DNA of 64,000 nucleotides, taken from the NCBI GenBank assembly GCA_020057405.1, contig JAGVFW010000013.1, positions 87,711 to 151,710 of the forward strand, written 5' to 3'. Each line of letters opens with the position of its first letter. Within the stretch, counting starts at the first letter, position 1. Source of the DNA: an archaeon (GTDB lineage Archaea; Micrarchaeota; Micrarchaeia; Norongarragalinales; UBA97). The translations under genes and the position numbers were made by a program. The notes beneath the pieces are model-generated. The model was given only the letters and a program-made list of their open reading frames with translations, was not told the origin of the DNA and searched no databases. Below are positions 1 through 10,064 of the stretch, one piece after another.

Positions 1-2
1 AC

Positions 3-125
3 GAGATGCTCACGCACGAGTTTGAAATAGAAAAGCGGTTGTTTGAGAAGCTTGACGTAACGCCAGAACAACTCAAAGACATCGTCCCGACTCGCGAATA
101 TCACGAAAGGCCGCGTAACGCTTAA
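3..125 (+). CDS. 3' end of a CDS truncated by the window edge (…EMLTHEFEIEKRLFEKLDVTPEQLKDIVPTREYHERPRNA*)
   Basis: Manually translated frame open from position 3 to TAA at 123-125; protein-like composition. Confidence 0.55.
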   Translation, partial: EMLTHEFEIEKRLFEKLDVTPEQLKDIVPTREYHERPRNA

Positions 126-373
126 AGTTAATCGAAAGTAGGCAGTCCGGTAGTGCGCCCAAAAGGAAGTGAGCGGTAGCCATGAAAGCAGAAGGACGGA
201 AGTCGTGTGGAACGTGCGGCAGGATGCAGTTTGTAAAGCAAAACCAATTGTCCCGCCGCAACGACGAGCGGATGCGCCTCACGATGTTCTTGTGCAAGTA
301 CTGCGGCGAAAGCGACGTGGTCGAGGCAGTGCCGCGGTAAAGAAACGAATCGAACAAACGAGGGTGGAAAGAA

Positions 374-694
374 ATGAGTTTAGGTAGGAAAAGTTTGGTG
401 GCCGTGCTACTGCTAATGGCAGTGCCTCTGGCGTTTGCGCAAACGCCCACGCCGCCGGGACAGGAAGTGGCTGGAAAGTTGTGCAGCATAGTGGATTTCG
501 TGCAGTACATTGCCGGCGCGGTGGGTATAGTGGTCCTCGCAGTATTGGGACTCCAGTTCGTCACGGTCGGCTCCAACCCCATGAGAAGAGAGGAGCTAAA
601 GACGCAGATGGGATTGGCGCTGATGGGCTTGTTCATCGTGCTTGTCTCGAAGTCCCTGGTTGGCCTCATACTGCCAAACGCGGCAACCTGCTAA
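374..694 (+). CDS. VirB2/TrbC-like pilin
   Basis: 106 aa; signal peptide ending AFA, then two hydrophobic helices separated by a charged loop (SNPMRREELK); first gene of a VirB4-containing operon. Confidence 0.75.
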   Translation: MSLGRKSLVAVLLLMAVPLAFAQTPTPPGQEVAGKLCSIVDFVQYIAGAVGIVVLAVLGLQFVTVGSNPMRREELKTQMGLALMGLFIVLVSKSLVGLILPNAATC

Positions 695-708
695 AACCGG
701 GTAAGCAC

Positions 709-2238
709 GTGGGATGGGTTTTGGCGGCAGCGGTACTGCTTGCAGTGGTCGGGATGGCGGCGGGGGAGAGTGTGCAAGAGATTGTCGCCGCTACAAACTT
801 GCTTGACAACACTCGACCCGCGTTCCAGCTAGTGCAGGCGGCTAACGCCAACTTGACTTGCTGCGGCAAAGGCCCGCCAGTAGGGGCCGCCAACGCAAGC
901 TCGCCTGCCGGAACTACGTTTGCGAAGCTCGTGGACTTTAGCCCAAGTGTTTTTGACGTGCTTTCTGGCGAGCTCGTGCTCAATCAAACTGGCAATGTCA
1001 CTACCTTTGCTTCTGCGACAATACTCAAGCCGCAGTTAAGCGGGCAAGGCGACTGCAAGACAGTGAAGCTGCTTTCAACAGTAAACTCGAGCCTGACCCT
1101 AACGCAAGTGCCGCAGGGAAAAGTTCTTGCGAGAACAGGACACTTTGAGTCCCCGCAACTTGACTTTAATTCCTTTCAAAACTATTCCGCCGGTTGGCCA
1201 AGGCGAGGGCGCACGGAGCTGCCGTACGACTTGGACGGCGGGGAAGGAAAAGAAGCGCTCGGCTTGAGGCTCAACTACTCGGTTCAAGCGACTTTCACCG
1301 TAGCGCACTACAAGAACGTGCAACACCGAGTTTGTTTCATCACTTGTTTCTACTACTGGACCTGCGACTACTCAAGCCAAGAACAAAAAGCCTACCTCTT
1401 AGCTGCAGTTCAAACGCAAAACGCATCGTACTACGCAGGAGGGCCCGGGGCCGAGTCGGTAGAAGAACTCGCAAGCGGGGGACTTACGTCAAACACGACG
1501 ATTGAGATGAAGACGCCATTCGACTACGTGAAAATCACGGCCGGCGCCGCCACTGCGAAAATCCGCACTGCCGCTTTCCCCCTTTCGTATGAGAATTCAA
1601 GTTACGAGTTCATCAGGATAAACGCAGTGCCAACGCACGCCAGCGAGACAGTGGGTGCACGTATTTTGAGGGAGTCGAAGTTAGGCACTACAGTAAATTT
1701 GGAAGTTTGGTTTCCTGCTTCATCACAAGCGCAAGTGCTCCTGCAAACGCCATTCGCGGAGGTACGCTTGGCTGCCAGCATAAGCCGGGTTAGTGCGGAA
1801 AGACTGGCCGTCATCGCAGCGCGGAGCGGTCGGGCTGGAGAGAAAATTAACGCGACTGCTAGCGTAACTTTTGAAAACGGCTCGCCTGTTGAAGGCAGGC
1901 TGGTGAAATTCACTTTGCCGGAATCGGCTGGTTACGACGCGATGACCAACGGCAGCGGGTTGGCCGTCGCGAGCTTTTTGATGCCTGAAGGGCAAAACGC
2001 GGTCGTGAAGGCAAGCGAATCAAACGGGGCGCGGGAGCTCGAGGCGCAAAGCACGGTTTTCGTGCAAAACTCTTCTCCTCGGCTGCTTCTCGACTACGCC
2101 CAACTGGCCTTAGCCTGCGCGATTGGATTTTGGTGCATTCTTTTCGGGCTTGGCTTGCGCCGTGAAGCGAGTCATGCACTTGGGACAGGGCTTGCTTGTG
2201 CGGCAATGCTGTTTGTCGCCTACTCGGTGGTCGGATGA
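709..2238 (+). CDS. secreted, C-terminally membrane-anchored protein with an Ig-like domain (T4SS-locus associated)
   Basis: Likely start is GTG 709 after the pilin stop; signal peptide, Cys cluster (CFITCFYYWTC), Ig/Big-like segment (ENGSPVEGRLVKF…TNGSGLA), two C-terminal TM helices. Confidence 0.7.
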   Translation: MGWVLAAAVLLAVVGMAAGESVQEIVAATNLLDNTRPAFQLVQAANANLTCCGKGPPVGAANASSPAGTTFAKLVDFSPSVFDVLSGELVLNQTGNVTTFASATILKPQLSGQGDCKTVKLLSTVNSSLTLTQVPQGKVLARTGHFESPQLDFNSFQNYSAGWPRRGRTELPYDLDGGEGKEALGLRLNYSVQATFTVAHYKNVQHRVCFITCFYYWTCDYSSQEQKAYLLAAVQTQNASYYAGGPGAESVEELASGGLTSNTTIEMKTPFDYVKITAGAATAKIRTAAFPLSYENSSYEFIRINAVPTHASETVGARILRESKLGTTVNLEVWFPASSQAQVLLQTPFAEVRLAASISRVSAERLAVIAARSGRAGEKINATASVTFENGSPVEGRLVKFTLPESAGYDAMTNGSGLAVASFLMPEGQNAVVKASESNGARELEAQSTVFVQNSSPRLLLDYAQLALACAIGFWCILFGLGLRREASHALGTGLACAAMLFVAYSVVG

Positions 2239-3149
2239 AGGTATCTGCTATTGCGGTTGCTGCGCTCTTGCTAACGGGTTTTGCCAGCGCCTTTGACGGA
2301 TGCCAGGACAACGGCTGCAACGATTTGCTGTGCAAGATTGCGGGATTGCCAAACGCGATTCAGTGCGCGCTGGAAACCGGGATAGCAAGCCAGCTTGAAA
2401 ACGCGGTGACCGGCATTCTCTCGCGGGTCACGCAGTTTATTGTCGGAAGCCCGCCCCTTGACGGCAGTTCGACTAGGGAACTGTTTTCGCTCGTGTCGTT
2501 TTTGGTCGAACTCTTGTTCGTGCCAATCCTGATGCTAAACGGCTTGAAGCTCACGTACTCGAGCATGTTTAGCGCGCAAGAACGCGCGGAGGCAAAAGAC
2601 GAGGTAAGGCAAGTTCTCGTGGCAATGGTGCTCGTGTGGGCGGCCTACGACTTGTACGCGCTTGCAACTGACGCGACAAACGCTTTTTCCGCCGCTTTGG
2701 CCCCGAGCCAGGCGGACTGGAATAATGCAGTAAACGCGAGTGCGGGCTTGTCCGGAATTGGGAACCTGGTTTTGCTCGGGTTAATCGTGTTTTCGCTACA
2801 GTTTTTCGCGTTTACGGCTTTCGCGAGATATATTCTGGCTTACGTCGGGCTCTTTACGCTAGTAATCTCGATGCCGCTTGAGGCGCTTCCCGCAACTTCC
2901 GGAATTGGTAGGGCAATGCGGAACCTAGTCGTGGCAAACTTCATCGTGCAAATTCTCCAGGCACTTTTCCTCAAAATTGCGGTAACAAGCATCGCGGACT
3001 TGAACACGAGCTACACTTACAAGTTCGCTTTCATTACGGGAGTTCTTTTGGTCGGGGCACTGGCGGGAATAGTGGTTTACGCCGCGGCCCTGCTTTCGTC
3101 AATTTCGAGGAGTCCGGCCGCTAGGATGCTTGCTTACGCGGCGAGGTGA
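2235..3149 (+). CDS. polytopic membrane protein, VirB6/CedA-like channel component
   Basis: ATG 2235 overlaps the previous stop (ATGA); signal peptide plus about 6 TM segments; lies between pilin and VirB4. Confidence 0.65.
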   Translation: MKVSAIAVAALLLTGFASAFDGCQDNGCNDLLCKIAGLPNAIQCALETGIASQLENAVTGILSRVTQFIVGSPPLDGSSTRELFSLVSFLVELLFVPILMLNGLKLTYSSMFSAQERAEAKDEVRQVLVAMVLVWAAYDLYALATDATNAFSAALAPSQADWNNAVNASAGLSGIGNLVLLGLIVFSLQFFAFTAFARYILAYVGLFTLVISMPLEALPATSGIGRAMRNLVVANFIVQILQALFLKIAVTSIADLNTSYTYKFAFITGVLLVGALAGIVVYAAALLSSISRSPAARMLAYAAR

Positions 3150-3155
3150 AAATAA

Positions 3156-4190
3156 ATGGAAGGGGAGTTTGGAAAAGGGCTGTTGTACGAAGTGCCGGAG
3201 GAACTCCGCCACGAGGAGCGGGTGCTGTGGGTGTTTTCGTTACGGCAACTGCTCATACTCCTGCCATTTGCCATCGTGGCGCTGGCTTGCTTCCTGGGAC
3301 TCGAGAACCTGGACTTTAAGGCGCGGCTCGCGATTCCGGCAATCATCTTATTTGCGGGTTATGCGCTTGCCTGCATTAAACCCGTGCAAGAGGCGGCTTG
3401 GCGCCACGTCAAGTACTTGATCACGCCTAGGCGGACAAGCTGGCGCGAGCCCCTCGCATCCGCTCACTTCGTCGGGGTTGAGGAAGTAAAAGCCAACGCG
3501 GTCTTCACTTCTGACGGCCACCTGCTTTCAGTGCTTTTGGTGACGCCCCTTGACTACAGCGTGCTTGGAGAGGACCAGAAGCACGCGCTCGTCTACGGCT
3601 ACCGCTCGTTTCTAAACGCAATCTCGTTTCCAGTGCAGGTGGTGATGCGCACGACGAAAGTCAACTTGAAAGAGTATTTTGCGAAAGCCAAGGCAAAGGC
3701 CGCTAAGGCGGGTGATTCTGCGGCGCTATTGGAAATTAGCAAGTTCGAGCAGTTCGTCGAAGACTTCATCTCTTCGCGGGGAGTCAATGACCGGCTGTTT
3801 TACCTCGTAATCCCGCAGGAGAAGGGAAAAGACCTCGAAAAGTCGTTGCGAGAGCTTGAAAACAAGACTGCCGTGTGCTGCGAAAAACTGGCGGCAATCG
3901 GCATTGCGTGCCGGAGGCTGGACGACAACTCACTAGTCTCGCTTTACGCAAGCTTTTTCGGGGGATTCGTGGAAGCCGGAGCCGATTACCTATCGCTCTT
4001 GACTTTCCTTGACTTTGCGCAAGAGCAACGGGAAAAACTCGAGGCTGCGGGAGCGAAAATGCGGGCTAAAGCCGTTTTCATTGGAATGGAGGTCGAACAA
4101 AGTGCTGGAAAGACTGTTTGGAAGGAAAAGGGAAGAACCGAAGCTCAAGGAAAGGCTATTGCCGTACCTGCTGGCGCCCTCAAGCATTGA
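3156..4190 (+). CDS. PrgI/VirB3-like protein with a C-terminal soluble domain
   Basis: N-terminal YEVPEEL…ERVLWVFSLRQL followed by two TM helices is the PrgI pattern; FLNAISFPVQVVMR region typical of conjugative TraE/PrgI fusions. Confidence 0.7.
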   Translation: MEGEFGKGLLYEVPEELRHEERVLWVFSLRQLLILLPFAIVALACFLGLENLDFKARLAIPAIILFAGYALACIKPVQEAAWRHVKYLITPRRTSWREPLASAHFVGVEEVKANAVFTSDGHLLSVLLVTPLDYSVLGEDQKHALVYGYRSFLNAISFPVQVVMRTTKVNLKEYFAKAKAKAAKAGDSAALLEISKFEQFVEDFISSRGVNDRLFYLVIPQEKGKDLEKSLRELENKTAVCCEKLAAIGIACRRLDDNSLVSLYASFFGGFVEAGADYLSLLTFLDFAQEQREKLEAAGAKMRAKAVFIGMEVEQSAGKTVWKEKGRTEAQGKAIAVPAGALKH

Positions 4191-6387
4191 AAACAAGCCA
4201 GACTACATAAAAATCGGCGAGCAGTATTGCCGCGTAATCGCAGTGCTTGGCGTCCCGCGAGTTGTGCGCGCTGGTTTTCTTAACGCGCTGATGATGCAGC
4301 AAGGCGATTTTGACGTGAGCATTCACGCTAGCCCGCGGCAAGTTGAGGACACTATAGCTGAACTAAACCACGAGCTGGTCAAGATGGCCGCGGACCTCTA
4401 CTCGATGGAAAGCAGGGGCGACGTGGTGCCACCTAGCCTGAAAATGAAGTACGACGACACTATGCGCATCCTACAGCTGCTGCAAAGCGGGGAGGAAAAG
4501 CTCTTCGACTTCTCCCTCTACATCAACATTCGTGCAAAAAGCCCGGAAAAACTAGACGAGATGACCGGGAGAATGGGCGCGACCCTAGGGCAACTGGCGC
4601 TTCTTTACAAGACTATGGATTTGCAGATGCACGAAGCGCTTCCAAGCGTCCTCCCAATCGCCAGAAACCGGCTCGGCATCACCCGAAACATGACGAGCTC
4701 GGCCCTCGCAGCGTGCTTCCCCTTCACAACAAGCAACCTGCAGGTAATGGAAAACGGGATAGTAATGGGCGTAAACGACCTCACAGGCATTCCGATAATC
4801 ATAGACTTGCACGCCCTCCAGAATTCAAACGCCTTGGTGCTCGGAGGCAGCGGCAGCGGAAAGAGCTTCAGCGTAAAAACCATTCTCTTGCGCTTGAGGC
4901 GCAACGGCACGCGCGTCTACGTAATAGACCCGCAAGGAGAGTACGCCAAGCTCGCCAAGAAATTTGGAAAAGGCGCGCAAGTAGTCGGATTCAACCCGCA
5001 AGACAACAACGCGATAAACCCATTTGACCTAAACGGGCTGCGGCTAAGTGAGAAAGTCCACTCGCTGATGAGCCTATACTCCATAATTTGCGGCGAACTT
5101 TCCCCGGCCCAAAAAAGCCTGCTTGACGAAGCCACTTACGCAATTTACGAGGAACGCGGAATAAGTGACTTTACGCAAGCGAATGAAAAAACTAGGATGC
5201 CGACCTTTCGCGACCTGCACGACTACTTCAGCAAGAAAGCAAACTCGCCGAATGACCTGATGCAGTCGCGTTCAACTGCTTTGGCGCTCTTAAACCGCGT
5301 AAAACCGTTCGCGACCGGCTCGATGAAGTGCTTCGACTCGCAGACTAGCGTAGACCTGGCGGCTGACTTCGTCGTTTTTGACGTCTCCTACTTTATCGAC
5401 AAGATGCAGACGGTCGCGCCCCCCGCGATGTTCATCGTACTCGACTTTTTACTCAACAAGATGAAGGAAGACTCACGCCAGAGAAAAGCAATAGTGGTCG
5501 ACGAAGCCTGGCGCCTTTTGCGTGGCCCCAGCATTTCGGAATACCTCCTCTTGTTCGCAAAAACAGCCAGGAAGTACAACACTTCCCTACAAATAATCAC
5601 CCAAGAACTAGGCGACCTTGGCAAAAGCGAGGCCGGAGCGGCGGTTCTGGCCAACACGTCAGTAAAACTAGTGCTGAGGCAAGAACCCTCTGAAATAGAA
5701 GCCGTTGGAAATGCGCTCAAGCTAAACGCGAACGAAAAAAACCGCCTTCTCTCGGCACAACCGGGCCACGGCGTGCTGTTCATCGAGAATTCCCGCATTC
5801 CGTACTACAGCATCCACATGCCTGAAGAAAAGGAATTCATTTCAACAAAACCAGAAGAAATGACGAGCCTAGAAAAAGAACACGCGGTCGTCAGGGCGGT
5901 TGAAGAGCAAGCGCCATTCGAGAAACTCGACTTCGAGAACGGCTTTTACAAGCGCGGCGACCTCACGCCCGGAGAGGTCATGCTATTGCTCAAAAATGGC
6001 TTTACCGTGGCGACAGCCTACGACATTCGGCTCATGCGGCCAGTTGACTTCGTAGTAAAACCCAAGGCACCGGAAAGCGCGCAGCACACAATCTACGTGA
6101 CTCAAGTCGAACGCCTAATTCGAGAACACACATCTAACGTAAAGGTGAACGTGGGCAACGATGCCGACATCGTCTTTGTTGACAAAGACGGTAAGAAAAT
6201 TGCGCTCGAAATTGAGACGGGAATGCGGCGCGACTACCTGCTCAAAGCCAACTCCGCACACCTGCGAAAGTACGACGAGGTATACTTCCTGGTTACGAGC
6301 GTGCACTTGGTGGAAAAATACCGGAAAATAGGGAGGGTGCTGACGAGGTCGGAAGTCCAGAGGTTTGTGGAAGAGAGATTGAACTAG
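4102..6387 (+). CDS. virB4: VirB4-like ATPase with a C-terminal PD-(D/E)XK-like domain
   Basis: Walker A GGSGSGKS, VIDPQGEY, Walker B IVVDEAW, ARKYN…ITQ, MTSSALAACFPF; GTG 4102 is preceded by GGAGGT; tail ESAQH…DADIVF…IALEIETG. Confidence 0.85.
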   Translation: MLERLFGRKREEPKLKERLLPYLLAPSSIENKPDYIKIGEQYCRVIAVLGVPRVVRAGFLNALMMQQGDFDVSIHASPRQVEDTIAELNHELVKMAADLYSMESRGDVVPPSLKMKYDDTMRILQLLQSGEEKLFDFSLYINIRAKSPEKLDEMTGRMGATLGQLALLYKTMDLQMHEALPSVLPIARNRLGITRNMTSSALAACFPFTTSNLQVMENGIVMGVNDLTGIPIIIDLHALQNSNALVLGGSGSGKSFSVKTILLRLRRNGTRVYVIDPQGEYAKLAKKFGKGAQVVGFNPQDNNAINPFDLNGLRLSEKVHSLMSLYSIICGELSPAQKSLLDEATYAIYEERGISDFTQANEKTRMPTFRDLHDYFSKKANSPNDLMQSRSTALALLNRVKPFATGSMKCFDSQTSVDLAADFVVFDVSYFIDKMQTVAPPAMFIVLDFLLNKMKEDSRQRKAIVVDEAWRLLRGPSISEYLLLFAKTARKYNTSLQIITQELGDLGKSEAGAAVLANTSVKLVLRQEPSEIEAVGNALKLNANEKNRLLSAQPGHGVLFIENSRIPYYSIHMPEEKEFISTKPEEMTSLEKEHAVVRAVEEQAPFEKLDFENGFYKRGDLTPGEVMLLLKNGFTVATAYDIRLMRPVDFVVKPKAPESAQHTIYVTQVERLIREHTSNVKVNVGNDADIVFVDKDGKKIALEIETGMRRDYLLKANSAHLRKYDEVYFLVTSVHLVEKYRKIGRVLTRSEVQRFVEERLN

Positions 6388-6440
6388 CCCGGAAAGGTGC
6401 TTTCGCAAGCAATTTAAACACGCACTACAACTTATTATAG

Positions 6441-6689
6441 GTGATTACAGTGGATTATACTACCATTCAAATCAGCACAAACATCCGCAATAGGCTTACT
6501 GAACTCAAAGACTCGCCCCGCCAGACTTACGACGAGGTTCTAGAAAAGCTCATAGAACTTGTCCCGAAAGGAGATGAAGAAGGAGAATACAAACCCGCTT
6601 TCAGAGGCAGCATCCTGCGCGGACTCCTTGACGCACGACACTCGAAAACCACAGCGCTGGCAGAACTGGAGAAACAATTCGGAACGTGA
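6441..6689 (+). CDS. putative antitoxin (RHH-like N-terminus)
   Basis: TTIQIS…RLTELK…TYDEVLEKL archaeal RHH pattern; GTGA overlap with the RelE-like gene. Confidence 0.7.
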   Translation: MITVDYTTIQISTNIRNRLTELKDSPRQTYDEVLEKLIELVPKGDEEGEYKPAFRGSILRGLLDARHSKTTALAELEKQFGT

Positions 6690-6946
6690 AACTCATGGCC
6701 TACTCCGTTCAGTTTTCGCAGGAAGCACGGGCAAACCTAGAGAAACTAGATCCACCTACGGCACGCAGAGTGATTGAAAAAATAAAGGTTGCAGCGGCAG
6801 ACCCCTTTCACTATTTCAAGCGGTTAACCAACAGCGAACTCTACAAGCTTCGCGCCGGCGATTGGCGCATCCTCGCACTCATCAACCCCACAAACGATAC
6901 CCTATTCATCGTCACCCTAGGTCATCGTAAGAACATCTACGAGTAG
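6686..6946 (+). CDS. relE: RelE/ParE family toxin
   Basis: YSVQFS…LEKLD…YKLRAGDWRI…LGHRKNIY RelE signature. Confidence 0.88.
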   Translation: MKLMAYSVQFSQEARANLEKLDPPTARRVIEKIKVAAADPFHYFKRLTNSELYKLRAGDWRILALINPTNDTLFIVTLGHRKNIYE

Positions 6947-8637
6947 GGCAAGCCGTCAGCCACTTCTAGTGCTTTCTCCCTCACCATCGCCGCCGACAAT
7001 CCAGCGTCAACCACGCGAATTAACCTCCATCCTTTTTTGGCCAACAGCGTTTCCTTTTCTCCGTCGCGTGCTTTTTGCTTGTCCTTTGCGTGAAAGAACG
7101 CCCCATCCCACTCCACCGCAAGCTTCCTTTCAGGAAAAGTGACGTCAATCTCGAAAGGCGGTAACACCGTCCTGTCGGAAAAAACTATCTTCTCGGCCGG
7201 CAAAAGCCTGCGAAGCTCTTCATAAAACAAGCGCTGGTTGAAGGAACCGGAAATGAACGGCGCCTCGGCTTCAGCGTTCTCCTTCACGCCGTCCTCCCAC
7301 AACGGCTTAACGCGCACTTTAGTCACCTCACGCTTGACACTCGTCGAGAAAAGCGCCTCGAACTGCTGAAGGGAATGCAATTCCTCCTCAACCAACCTCG
7401 CCTTGTCAGAATACTTTCCGCCGCAAAGCAAAGCAACCGCGTAAGCAGCGTCGTCAGGCTCGCGCGTCAAAAACACGGCATTAACCGCACAGTTAGCTGC
7501 AAGCGCCGGGTCAAGCGCTTTCACGCTCTGGCTTACGACAATCAAACCGAGCCGAAACTTTCGCGCTTCGCGTAATACCGTCGCGACGTACGACGGCTCT
7601 TCTTCAGTGCCAACGCAGAGCTTCTGCGCCTCATCTACCAAAGCAAACAAAACCGGCAGGTTTTCAAGCGACTGACAGTAAGAATAGAGCTTACGCAAGA
7701 AAACCTCGGCAAAAACAGCTTGCGCGTCAGCCGACCGCAACCCCTTAAGCTCAAAACAACAGGTCTGACCCGTGACAACCGAAAACGGAACCTGCGTTTT
7801 TGAAGAGAACACCCCGCTTAGAGAAATCATGTCGAGCCTGCGCTTCAACGAAAAGAGACTCGCGTCCGGCTTCTTCTGGCTCGACAAAAGAAAACTACAG
7901 TACGCCGACACTTCAGGAAGAGAAGGCGGCCGCCTGTTCCACGAACCCCTATCACCATCGCGAAAACCCCGCTCCTCAAACGCACCCTTGACGCATTTGG
8001 CCAAAAAATACGCTTGAATATCCCCAAGCCCTAAAACCCGCTTTAACATGGAAGAGCTTTCCGCAGATTTTTCAGCCGGCGTACAACCATCCAACTCAAA
8101 AAGCGCAAGATTGACTTTTCGAGCATCAAACACCCGCCCCCCACACGCACGAACGACGCCAGCGTACTCCTCGTGCGGGTCAAGCACGACCACTGGCGCC
8201 CCCGCTTTCGTCAACCCATAAACCAAGCGCTTCGCCAAAGTCGACTTACCAGAACCACTCGCCCCCACAATCAAGGTGGAAGGCGCCTGCTCCTTAGAGT
8301 AGTCGACGGAATAACCCCTAAACAATAATGGACTTACCCACGCGAAATCCGTTCGAGGCGAAGAACTCCCACGCGCATACAACCGCTTCAAGAGCCACAA
8401 CCACGGAAAAGCGAAGTAAAACGCGGTTTTCGCAACGTTCGACGCAGTAAAACTACCCGTCTTGCGCAACACCCACCTAACTTTACCTATCTTGACACTA
8501 ACATTTTCCATCTTTGCCAACTCCGACGCGAGCTGCAAAACTTTTTTCCGGGAAAAGCCCGCGTCAAAGCCACGGCGAAGGCGCGCCGCGAGCCTTAAAC
8601 TCCTTAGCGAGCCCACAAAGGCGAAGCGACCGCCCAA
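6937..8637 (-). CDS. HerA/DUF87 (VirD4-like) ATPase fused to a DUF559/Vsr-like endonuclease
   Basis: GASGSGKS, VLDPHEEY, LVDEAQ, EARKFRLG…SQ; C-terminal FEIDV…LAVEWDGAFFH…RDGEK…GWRLIRV. True start may be ATG 8511. Confidence 0.8.
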   Translation of the reverse strand: MGGRFAFVGSLRSLRLAARLRRGFDAGFSRKKVLQLASELAKMENVSVKIGKVRWVLRKTGSFTASNVAKTAFYFAFPWLWLLKRLYARGSSSPRTDFAWVSPLLFRGYSVDYSKEQAPSTLIVGASGSGKSTLAKRLVYGLTKAGAPVVVLDPHEEYAGVVRACGGRVFDARKVNLALFELDGCTPAEKSAESSSMLKRVLGLGDIQAYFLAKCVKGAFEERGFRDGDRGSWNRRPPSLPEVSAYCSFLLSSQKKPDASLFSLKRRLDMISLSGVFSSKTQVPFSVVTGQTCCFELKGLRSADAQAVFAEVFLRKLYSYCQSLENLPVLFALVDEAQKLCVGTEEEPSYVATVLREARKFRLGLIVVSQSVKALDPALAANCAVNAVFLTREPDDAAYAVALLCGGKYSDKARLVEEELHSLQQFEALFSTSVKREVTKVRVKPLWEDGVKENAEAEAPFISGSFNQRLFYEELRRLLPAEKIVFSDRTVLPPFEIDVTFPERKLAVEWDGAFFHAKDKQKARDGEKETLLAKKGWRLIRVVDAGLSAAMVREKALEVADGLPYS

Positions 8638-8700
8638 AGGCGGGAAGGATTTAAGAACGAGCGGCCGGCAAAGACTGGCTTAGCGGGCTTTGAAAGAAAA
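8631..8700. repeat. intergenic repeat R, copy 1
   Basis: cgggaaggatttaagaacgagcggccggcaaagactggcttagcgggcttt followed by an A-tract. Confidence 0.9.
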
Positions 8701-8824
8701 AAATGCGCGTAAGATAAGGGAAGTGTTGAGTGGAATGCATTGGTTCGAGCGTCTGCCGCCGATAGAGCGCGTCCTCACTCAAGGCAAACTGGTTTAAATT
8801 GGAAAAGGGAAGCTTTCTGTAGAG

Positions 8825-9319
8825 ATGGTTAACCGTGGTTTTGTGAAAAGGGTCAGAAAAAGGCTAAGGACTACTGCCTCGGGTTCGGTCGGGAAAAAAC
8901 GCGCGCGGACAAAAGCGCAGCTAAAAAAAGACTTGATGAAAACGCTCGCGGCCGCTCCGGTTACGGGAGTGCATTTCACAAAGAGAAAAATCACTCTAAA
9001 TTACATGGGCAAACGCATTACGGACGAAATCATTATAGATCGGGAAAGGCACGTGGCCGAGTGGAGCAGGAGAAGAAAACAGATAATCCTAGACCGGAAC
9101 CTTAGCGGGTTTGACAGGGAAACCTCCTTTCGCGCGCTGTGCGTACACGAAGTGGTAGAGAAGTTCGTGGCTGAAAAGTACGGCCTCCACGTGGATACCG
9201 AAGCGCACTTTGTAGCCGCAAAAAAAGAGGAAGAGTACGTGAAGGCACACGGCGGCAACTGGCGAAGCCACGAACTCATCGTTTACTGGGACTGGCACAA
9301 CCTGGGCGAAAAAGGATGA
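8825..9319 (+). CDS. hypothetical basic protein with an HExxE-type metal-binding motif
   Basis: ALCVHEVVEK…EAH…A…E; ATGA-coupled to the next gene. Confidence 0.6.
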   Translation: MVNRGFVKRVRKRLRTTASGSVGKKRARTKAQLKKDLMKTLAAAPVTGVHFTKRKITLNYMGKRITDEIIIDRERHVAEWSRRRKQIILDRNLSGFDRETSFRALCVHEVVEKFVAEKYGLHVDTEAHFVAAKKEEEYVKAHGGNWRSHELIVYWDWHNLGEKG

Positions 9320-10026
9320 AGCTGGAGTTCCACAAAATCACCTTCCGTCCCGGCGCCTACTACTGGGCATGGCTGGACGTCGACTACCTCCCCTACGCGC
9401 GGCTAGAGGAAAAAGACCTCAAAGCGCTCCCCTACCCGGTCTACATACCGTCAATCCACCCCGACTGCCCAATCGGCACGCCCTGCACCGGACCTGACAC
9501 TAAAACCAACGAACTCCACTTAACCAAAACCTTCGAAGAACTCCCCTTGCATGCCGACCTGAGAAAAGACCTACGCCGGGTAGAGAAAAAAAACGCGCAA
9601 ACCATCATAATAGAAAACGAGAAAGACGCGCTACTAAAGTCGCACAAATGGTTTCTCGAACAATTCGCAGAAGAGGAAGAAGACTTCAGACGCAGGCTGC
9701 ACGTCTGGAAAAACGCAAGAACCCTAAGCGCCTACACGAAAGACGAGCTACTAGCAGTCCACATAACCCTGCCAACAGAAAACACAGTGTACTACCTAGG
9801 CTGCTGGTGGAACAGAAACCACAAGACAAACTCGCCAGCCACCTACCTGCTCAAAAAAGACATCGAAAACGCCATCAAAAACGGCATTACCGTCTACGAC
9901 CTCGGAATCGGAAGCGAACCATACAAAAAACAATGGGGCGTAACCGAAAGAAACACCAAATACTACCTCAACATGCCAAAACCACTCGAAGAAGAACTCG
10001 TCGAAAAACAAGTAATCGAAAAATAA
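9316..10026 (+). CDS. GNAT-family acetyltransferase (FemAB/Acetyltransf_6-like)
   Basis: SPATYLLKKDIENA…YDLGIGSEPYKKQWG C-terminal GNAT motif. Confidence 0.75.
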   Translation: MKLEFHKITFRPGAYYWAWLDVDYLPYARLEEKDLKALPYPVYIPSIHPDCPIGTPCTGPDTKTNELHLTKTFEELPLHADLRKDLRRVEKKNAQTIIIENEKDALLKSHKWFLEQFAEEEEDFRRRLHVWKNARTLSAYTKDELLAVHITLPTENTVYYLGCWWNRNHKTNSPATYLLKKDIENAIKNGITVYDLGIGSEPYKKQWGVTERNTKYYLNMPKPLEEELVEKQVIEK

Positions 10027-10064
10027 ACCCCAACAACTTAACAAGCCAAAACAACCACCGCAGA

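Noticed and set aside
481-708. N-terminal 76 codons of the 585-aa ORF
   Set aside because: They overlap the pilin gene, and the signal peptide begins at GTG 709.
4009-4190. Programmed frameshift fusing the PrgI-like gene and virB4
   Set aside because: The overlap is explained by an independent GTG start at 4102 with a GGAGGT RBS, and the frame relation is +1 with no clear slippery site.
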